Source: Paracoccaceae bacterium
Lineage (GTDB): Bacteria > Pseudomonadota > Alphaproteobacteria > Rhodobacterales > Rhodobacteraceae
Reading direction: 5' to 3'
Assembly: GCA_003354145.1 (NCBI GenBank)
Contig: PIVL01000001.1
Coordinates: 1-62,904 of the forward strand
Length of the DNA: 62,904 nucleotides
Below are positions 57,751 through 62,904 of this stretch, in pieces; the stretch's first letter is position 1, and each line of letters begins with the position of its first letter. Both the position numbers and the translations under genes were made by a program. The notes under the pieces are model-generated. The model did no database searches, was not told the DNA's origin, and saw only the letters and a list, made by a program, of their open reading frames with translations.

Positions 57751-58530
57751 TCAAGTCGGACGAAGGGCTGACAGGACCTGGCTATGCACTGCTTCACCAC
57801 CGGCAACAACCCCGTTCACCTTTGGATGCGGGTTGTTAAATTGCAGCGATTTGCAGGTTTTATCGGTACAGATTGCGCCCGCTTCGCGCAGGATCAGATC
57901 ACCGGCGGCGACGTCCCATTCCCAGCAAGGGTGCAGGGTAATCATACCATCAAAGCGCCCCTGCGCGACCAATGCCATGCGGTAAGCCAACGACGGGCGA
58001 TGCGATCGCTTGAACCCCGGCACCTCGCCAGACCAGTGCGACGGGTCCAGATTGTGTCGGGTGGCCAGAATTTTGGCATCGTTCAGATTCGGCTGGTCCG
58101 AAGGGTGAATTGGTTTTTCGTTCAGAAACGCGCCTTGATTGGCGGCGGCGGTATACATCAGATCAAGCATTGGCAGATAGATCACTGCGGCAATCACTAT
58201 TCCTTGTTTGGCGATGGCAAAGGAATGAGCCCAAGTTTTTGTCCCGGCAATAAAGCTGCGCGTGCCGTCGATAGGATCAACAATGAACACGTGATCTTTA
58301 CTCAGGCGTTCGGCGCTGTCCTCGGTTTCTTCGGACAACCACCCATAATCGGGCCGTGCTTTGGGCAGCCGATGCTCGAGCATGGTATTGACTGCAAGAT
58401 CAGCCTCGGTCACGGGACCAGCACCGTCGGATTTGTCCCAGCTTTGTGCTGCTGGCCCCTTGAATCCAGTGGCAATGCGGCCGGCCTCGTATGCGGCGTC
58501 TACTAGCAGGGCAAGGTCATGCTCCGGCAA
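57751..58530 (-). CDS. inositol monophosphatase family protein (CysQ-like 3'(2'),5'-bisphosphate nucleotidase candidate)
   Basis: 259 aa ORF with metal-binding motifs WLSEE, IVDPIDGT and WDVAAG. Confidence 0.85.
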   Translation of the reverse strand: MPEHDLALLVDAAYEAGRIATGFKGPAAQSWDKSDGAGPVTEADLAVNTMLEHRLPKARPDYGWLSEETEDSAERLSKDHVFIVDPIDGTRSFIAGTKTWAHSFAIAKQGIVIAAVIYLPMLDLMYTAAANQGAFLNEKPIHPSDQPNLNDAKILATRHNLDPSHWSGEVPGFKRSHRPSLAYRMALVAQGRFDGMITLHPCWEWDVAAGDLILREAGAICTDKTCKSLQFNNPHPKVNGVVAGGEAVHSQVLSALRPT

Positions 58531-59863
58531 GTGTCATTCCTTCGATCAGCAGCGATGGTACCACCCGCGACAGATAGGTGCGGGCGTCATTGGCCGGAAT
58601 GATCCGGCGCAACATGTCGCGCAGGTTGCCGGCGATTGTGCACTCATTAACTGGTCCAGTGATTTCACCGTTCTCTACCCAGAACCCCGATGCACCACGG
58701 GAGTAATCTCCGGTTGTCGGGTTGATAGTGCTGCCAATCATTGACGTGACCAAAAGTCCGGTGCCCATATCGGCGACCAGATCGGCACGGCTTCGATTGC
58801 CCTGTGTTAGAGACAGATTCCAGTTGCCGGGCGAGGGGGGTGAAGATGGCCCGCGCACGGCATTTGCTGTAGAAACCATTTCCAACTGCCGCGCGCTTGC
58901 CAGATCCAACGTCCATCCCGTCAGAACACCGTTTTCAACGACGGCGCGGCGCTGTGTTGGCAGGCCCTCGGCATCAAAGGGCCGCGAGCCGGAAACTCGT
59001 GGGCGAAACGGATCTTCGATCAAAGACAGGTCATCGGGCAGAACGGTTTCGCCCAATGCACCCTGCAACCATGACGACCCGCGCGCGATAGAACTGCCGT
59101 TGCTGGCGGCCAGCAGATGGCCAATCAGCGATGCCGATATGCGTTCGTCAAACAGAATCGGAAAGGTTCCTGTGGCGGGTTTACGTGCATTTAACCGTTC
59201 CACTGCGCGTTCACCGGCGGTTGTTCCGATGTCGCTGGCCGATCGCAGATCGCTTTGGAAACTGCGCATATCACCGTCATAATCACGCTCCATACCTGTG
59301 CCAGTCCCGGCGATAGCAACGCAGGATATTGACCGGCTGGTCCGCGCGTATCCGGCGGAAAACCCATTGGTTGCGGACATGTGAAACTTTTGCGCGCCAT
59401 AGGCGGCACTTGCTGACTGGACTTGCGTAACACCATCGACGGCCATGCCTGCAGCTTCGGCTTTAACCGCGCTGCCTTGAAGGGTTTCCGGCGTTGGTTC
59501 ATCGGATGGGTCACAAAGTTCAAGCGCTTCAACATCCCAATCGCAGGCCAATTGATCCTCGTCGGCCAGTCCAATATACGGGTCTTCGGGGGCCTCGGCG
59601 GCCATAGCAACGGCGCGTTCAGCCATGGCTGTCATGGTTTCGGCGCGGGTGTCTGAGGCCGAAACAATTGCCTGACGCTGACCCAATAAGACCCGCAGCC
59701 CGATATCGGTGCCTTCGGCGCGTTCTGCCTGTTCCAATTTGCCCTCGCGAACATCAATGGAAATCGAGGTGCCCTGAACCACGATGGCATCGGCGGTGTT
59801 TGCCCCGGCTTTGCGGGCGGCGTCCAACAAGGCTTGGCTGATATCTGCAAGAGACTGTGTCAT
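58517..59863 (-). CDS. pmbA: TldD/PmbA family metalloprotease (PmbA/TldE-like)
   Basis: 448 aa ORF with family blocks throughout and a C-terminal GxC-type region (...NECTIAGN...). Confidence 0.8.
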   Translation of the reverse strand: MTQSLADISQALLDAARKAGANTADAIVVQGTSISIDVREGKLEQAERAEGTDIGLRVLLGQRQAIVSASDTRAETMTAMAERAVAMAAEAPEDPYIGLADEDQLACDWDVEALELCDPSDEPTPETLQGSAVKAEAAGMAVDGVTQVQSASAAYGAQKFHMSATNGFSAGYARTSRSISCVAIAGTGTGMERDYDGDMRSFQSDLRSASDIGTTAGERAVERLNARKPATGTFPILFDERISASLIGHLLAASNGSSIARGSSWLQGALGETVLPDDLSLIEDPFRPRVSGSRPFDAEGLPTQRRAVVENGVLTGWTLDLASARQLEMVSTANAVRGPSSPPSPGNWNLSLTQGNRSRADLVADMGTGLLVTSMIGSTINPTTGDYSRGASGFWVENGEITGPVNECTIAGNLRDMLRRIIPANDARTYLSRVVPSLLIEGMTLAGA

Positions 59864-59930
59864 TGGTATCTTTCAATCTGCGTTCAGAACTGAGGTATCC
59901 CCCTGTTTAACCACCTGCAAGGCCTGCACG

Positions 59931-59963
59931 AAAAAAGAGGACCGCAATTGGCGGCCCTCTTTT
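59931..59963 (-). terminator. intrinsic terminator downstream of the DUF2125 gene
   Basis: On the minus strand: AAGAGGGCCGC-loop-GCGGTCCTCTT (one mismatch) followed by TTTTTT. It starts 37 nt after the stop at 60000. Confidence 0.65.
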
Positions 59964-59999
59964 GTTGTTCTGGCCCCGCTAGGTCGCGGGAAAGTTTGG

Positions 60000-61526
60000 C
60001 TATTTGATCCGCTGCCCATTGGCCAGAATTTGACCATCAGGTGTCATCTCGATGTTTGAGATCAGCGTGTCTTCGCCTTCACCGGTAACAGCCAGCATTC
60101 CCATGCCCATCCGTGCGCCCATGACTTCCTGATCACCGATCAGACCCATGGCCACCAGCTTGTCCATCAGACCATTGACACCGACCAGTTTCAGATCAAG
60201 CGTTCCGGATGGGGCAGGCATGCCGTCATAAGTCACCAGATCATCGTTATCAAAAGTGAAATCGCCTTTGCCGGACAATTCTGCCCCGGCGGCAGACACC
60301 AACAGGTTGTTCAGAGTTACAGCATGAAGCTCGGCAGGTGGCGTATCGGCTGACATCATGATCTCTTCGATATTTGGATCGAAGAAATCAACAAGGACCT
60401 GCGCCTTGCCTTTGAGGTCAACCAAAATGGTGGCCGGGTCGTGCGGCAAGGTGCCTGCCGGATCAATAATACTCCACAGTAGGTCTGCCATGGTGAAATC
60501 CTGCAGGGTCAGTGCAAAGGCAAAATCCTGAAGGTCCTCTGAGTTGTCCAAGGGCACATTCAAATTCAGACCATATTTGGCGATTTCAAACGAGACAGGG
60601 AACTGCAGTTCGTTAGAAATGAGAGCTGTAGACATCTTATTTATGCTGAAATCATAAAGTAGGCTGGTTTTGTCCATTGCGGCCTTAACAAACCCACCTT
60701 GCGATGAGCCGTCTGCCGAAAAACTTTCGCCATCTCCGGATCCTTTGAGCGTGTATGACCCCGGTCCGAAACCAAACTTGCCATCAAAGGCCATCCCATC
60801 ATTCAACATCCCCCGCATGTCAGAGCTGTCGATTGCGGCCGGAATAGTGAAATTGCTGTCAGCGCTCAGGTTTTCTGATGTCCCTGACATTTGGAACGTG
60901 CCGTCCCCTTCAGGATCGTTGGCGGAAATTTCGTAGTTAAGCGAGGCAGCGGTCATGGTTCCGACGGATGTTCGTGTCTCGCCGGATGTCATCACGGTAT
61001 TGCCGACAATGTTATTCACGGTAAGAGAGGCCTTGGCCATGTCCGCAGGCAGCATATCGCCGTCGACTTCGATCGAGGCGAGCGAAATGCTCACGCTGTT
61101 CGCCGAGTAATCATATGTCATGTTGCCGGGATCGCCCGAGACAACCATCACCAATCCGCTTTGCCCGTAGTTCAATTTGATTTTGGCGTCGTCATCATCT
61201 TTGGTGTCGACGTTAATCGTTAAAATTTGCGTGTCTGGGATCGAGACATTGACGGTACCATCGCCATTTTCGATTAACGAAACTTCGCTGGTTGTCATGG
61301 AAATTGTCACGTCTTCGTCAGGCACGTTGATCGTATATGCCATATCGGTGATTTTCAGCGTATTTCCCGACATCGCTTCGGTGCCCGAAATTTCGTAACC
61401 CATACCAGTGATATAGGCCTTCCAATCGGACCAAACATCTTTTGCTGTCAAATCTGCCAACGCGCTTTGTGACGAAAATGCTAAAATTACCGCAGCACAA
61501 CCGCCACGCATGAAATGAACAGACAT
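60000..61526 (-). CDS. DUF2125 domain protein (exported, unknown function)
   Basis: ATG at 61526 with GGAAGG 8 nt upstream and signal peptide MSVHFMRGGCAAVILAFSSQSALA. Long Ser/Thr/Asp-rich beta-type protein. The ORF-track extension to 61625 is rejected. Confidence 0.65.
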   Translation of the reverse strand: MSVHFMRGGCAAVILAFSSQSALADLTAKDVWSDWKAYITGMGYEISGTEAMSGNTLKITDMAYTINVPDEDVTISMTTSEVSLIENGDGTVNVSIPDTQILTINVDTKDDDDAKIKLNYGQSGLVMVVSGDPGNMTYDYSANSVSISLASIEVDGDMLPADMAKASLTVNNIVGNTVMTSGETRTSVGTMTAASLNYEISANDPEGDGTFQMSGTSENLSADSNFTIPAAIDSSDMRGMLNDGMAFDGKFGFGPGSYTLKGSGDGESFSADGSSQGGFVKAAMDKTSLLYDFSINKMSTALISNELQFPVSFEIAKYGLNLNVPLDNSEDLQDFAFALTLQDFTMADLLWSIIDPAGTLPHDPATILVDLKGKAQVLVDFFDPNIEEIMMSADTPPAELHAVTLNNLLVSAAGAELSGKGDFTFDNDDLVTYDGMPAPSGTLDLKLVGVNGLMDKLVAMGLIGDQEVMGARMGMGMLAVTGEGEDTLISNIEMTPDGQILANGQRIK

Positions 61527-61655
61527 TTGAAACCCTTCCCAATCAATTACGGCGCCATCGTCATCCCTTGGGGTGCGGGCGTCAAGGGGTAAGGGCTGGA
61601 CCCTTTCCCATGAGGGTATTACCACAGGCTCAAACAGTTAGCGAAAGGCAAACAC

Positions 61656-62405
61656 ATGAGTATGACTGGAAAAACCGTTCTAATCACTGGGGCAAGCCGT
61701 GGAATCGGTGCTGAAGCAGCTCGAGTTTTTGCCGCAAACGGAGCAAATGTCGTCCTGTTTGCCCGCAGCAAAGAAAGCCTGCACACGCTTGCAGCTGAGA
61801 TCGGAGACAAGGCGCTGGCCTTGGCGGGCGACGTTTCCAGCTATGGCGACGTAGAAGCGGCTGTTCAGGCCTGTGTTGATACATTTGGCGGGCTGGACGT
61901 GCTGATTGGAAACGCGGGTGTCATCGAACCAATCTCGCGGATGGCCACCGCTGACCCTGATGGCTGGGGTCACGCCATTGATATCAACCTCAAAGGTGTT
62001 TTCTATGGCATGCGGGCGGCTTTGCCGGTGATGCAAAAGGCCGGTGGAGGCACCATTTTGACGGTCAGTTCGGGCGCTGCGCATGGCCCGATCGAAGCAT
62101 GGAGCCATTATTGTTCCTCAAAGGCAGGTGCGGCTATGCTGACCATGAGCCTGCATCAGGAAGAGAGCGAAAATGGTATTCGGGCGATGGGTCTGTCTCC
62201 GGGAACCGTGGCCACGCAGATGCAGCGCGAAATCAAAACGTCTGGCATCAACCGGATCAGCCAAATGGCCTGGGAAGATCATATTTCCGCTGAATGGCCA
62301 GCCCGCGCGCTGTTGTGGATGTGTTCGCCAGATTCAGATGAATTTGTCGGAAGCGAAATCAGTTTGCGCGACGAGGCCATTCTGGGCCGGATTGGTCTGG
62401 CATGA
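61656..62405 (+). CDS. SDR family oxidoreductase
   Basis: 249 aa ORF with the TGASRGIG cofactor motif, NAG, and the catalytic S...YCSSK. Confidence 0.9.
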   Translation: MSMTGKTVLITGASRGIGAEAARVFAANGANVVLFARSKESLHTLAAEIGDKALALAGDVSSYGDVEAAVQACVDTFGGLDVLIGNAGVIEPISRMATADPDGWGHAIDINLKGVFYGMRAALPVMQKAGGGTILTVSSGAAHGPIEAWSHYCSSKAGAAMLTMSLHQEESENGIRAMGLSPGTVATQMQREIKTSGINRISQMAWEDHISAEWPARALLWMCSPDSDEFVGSEISLRDEAILGRIGLA

Positions 62406-62904
62406 TTGAGCAGACCCAGCAAGATGGTCTGTGGGTCATAACGATCAACCGCCCGGACAAGGCCAACTCGCTGACGCGCGAGATGTTGGTCGAGCTGGTC
62501 GATATTATGGAAAGCGCCGGGCATGCCCGCGCGCTGATTCTGACGGGTGTCGGCAAAGTGTTCAGTGCGGGGGCGGATCTGGACGAGGTGCAGAATCATG
62601 GCCTCGCCAAATCCGATCTGTGGGAACGTCTATCGGGAGCAATTGCTACGCTGCCCGGTCTGACCATTACAGCCTTGAACGGTACCTTGGCCGGTGGGGC
62701 CAACGGCATGGCACTGGCCTGTGATCTGCGTATTGCGGTGCCGACGGCAAAGTTCTTTTATCCGGTGATGAAGCTGGGGATTTTACCGCAACCCTCTGAT
62801 CCGGGGCGCATGGCGAAACTGATCGGTCCGGCAAGAACCAAACTGATCCTGATGGGCGGGCAAAAACTGACAGCGGATGAAGCCTATCAGTTTGGTCTGA
62901 TTGA
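62402..62904 (+). CDS. enoyl-CoA hydratase/isomerase (crotonase) family protein, 5' part (runs off the window)
   Basis: Not in the ORF track because no stop lies within the window. Its ATG overlaps the SDR stop (ATGA). Translation reads MIEQTQQDGLWVITINRPDKANSL...GKVFSAGADLDEV...ALNGTLAGGANGMALACDLRIA, which are crotonase oxyanion-hole motifs. Confidence 0.85.
   Translation, partial: MIEQTQQDGLWVITINRPDKANSLTREMLVELVDIMESAGHARALILTGVGKVFSAGADLDEVQNHGLAKSDLWERLSGAIATLPGLTITALNGTLAGGANGMALACDLRIAVPTAKFFYPVMKLGILPQPSDPGRMAKLIGPARTKLILMGGQKLTADEAYQFGLI

Noticed and set aside
1-62904. Search for tRNA/rRNA genes, CRISPR arrays, integrases/transposases, toxin-antitoxin pairs, prophage or defence islands.
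   Set aside because: None was recognised. The intergenic regions are short (most under 180 bp) and the few longer ones lack tRNA-like T-arm sequences, repeat-spacer periodicity or inverted terminal repeats. This was a by-eye scan, so small ncRNAs cannot be excluded.

Overview
This 62.9 kb window looks like an ordinary core-chromosome segment of an alphaproteobacterium, with Rhodobacterales/roseobacter-like synteny and roughly mid-50s %GC judged by eye. It is the partition-locus neighbourhood and therefore probably origin-proximal. The left end reads rho(3' end)-mnmE-mnmG-rsmG-parA-parB, with two perfect parS palindromes.

The rest is dense housekeeping content:
- hemW-rdgB-rph, hrcA-grpE, mutS, msrA, argG, hslO
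- Nudix genes, a CCA-type nucleotidyltransferase, a paired ABC exporter, an RNA methyltransferase
- L,D-transpeptidases, hemH, comF-grxC-nitrilase-marR, ubiG, pip
- the rimP-nusA-ylxR-infB operon, mutT-argJ-PPIase, secA, alkB, mutY, DciA/DUF721, dsbA
- a CoA-transferase, lpxK-waaA, DUF4170, an IMPase-family gene, pmbA, DUF2125, an SDR and a partial enoyl-CoA hydratase

I count about 60 CDS at about 90% coding density. Many neighbours overlap by 1-8 nt (ATGA/GTGA type junctions). I could not recognise any rRNA, tRNA, CRISPR array, integrase, transposase, prophage or defence-island signature.

I did not find a convincing novel multi-gene system. The observations most worth a second look are small-scale:
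- an unlisted 44-codon ORF behind an AT-rich region with three helically phased A-tract/T-tract repeats and a GANTC cluster, exactly where the usual infB-rbfA-truB continuation is missing
- an intrinsic-terminator hairpin in the rimP-nusA leader
- a divergent Hpt / receiver-PP2C pair with a perfect CtrA-type box
- a secA-adjacent pair encoding a membrane-anchored unknown and a PstS-like/OmpA-like fusion
- a relic of an RTX-toxin acyltransferase gene

All product calls come from motif and synteny recognition by eye. No homology search was run, so start codons and family names are provisional.
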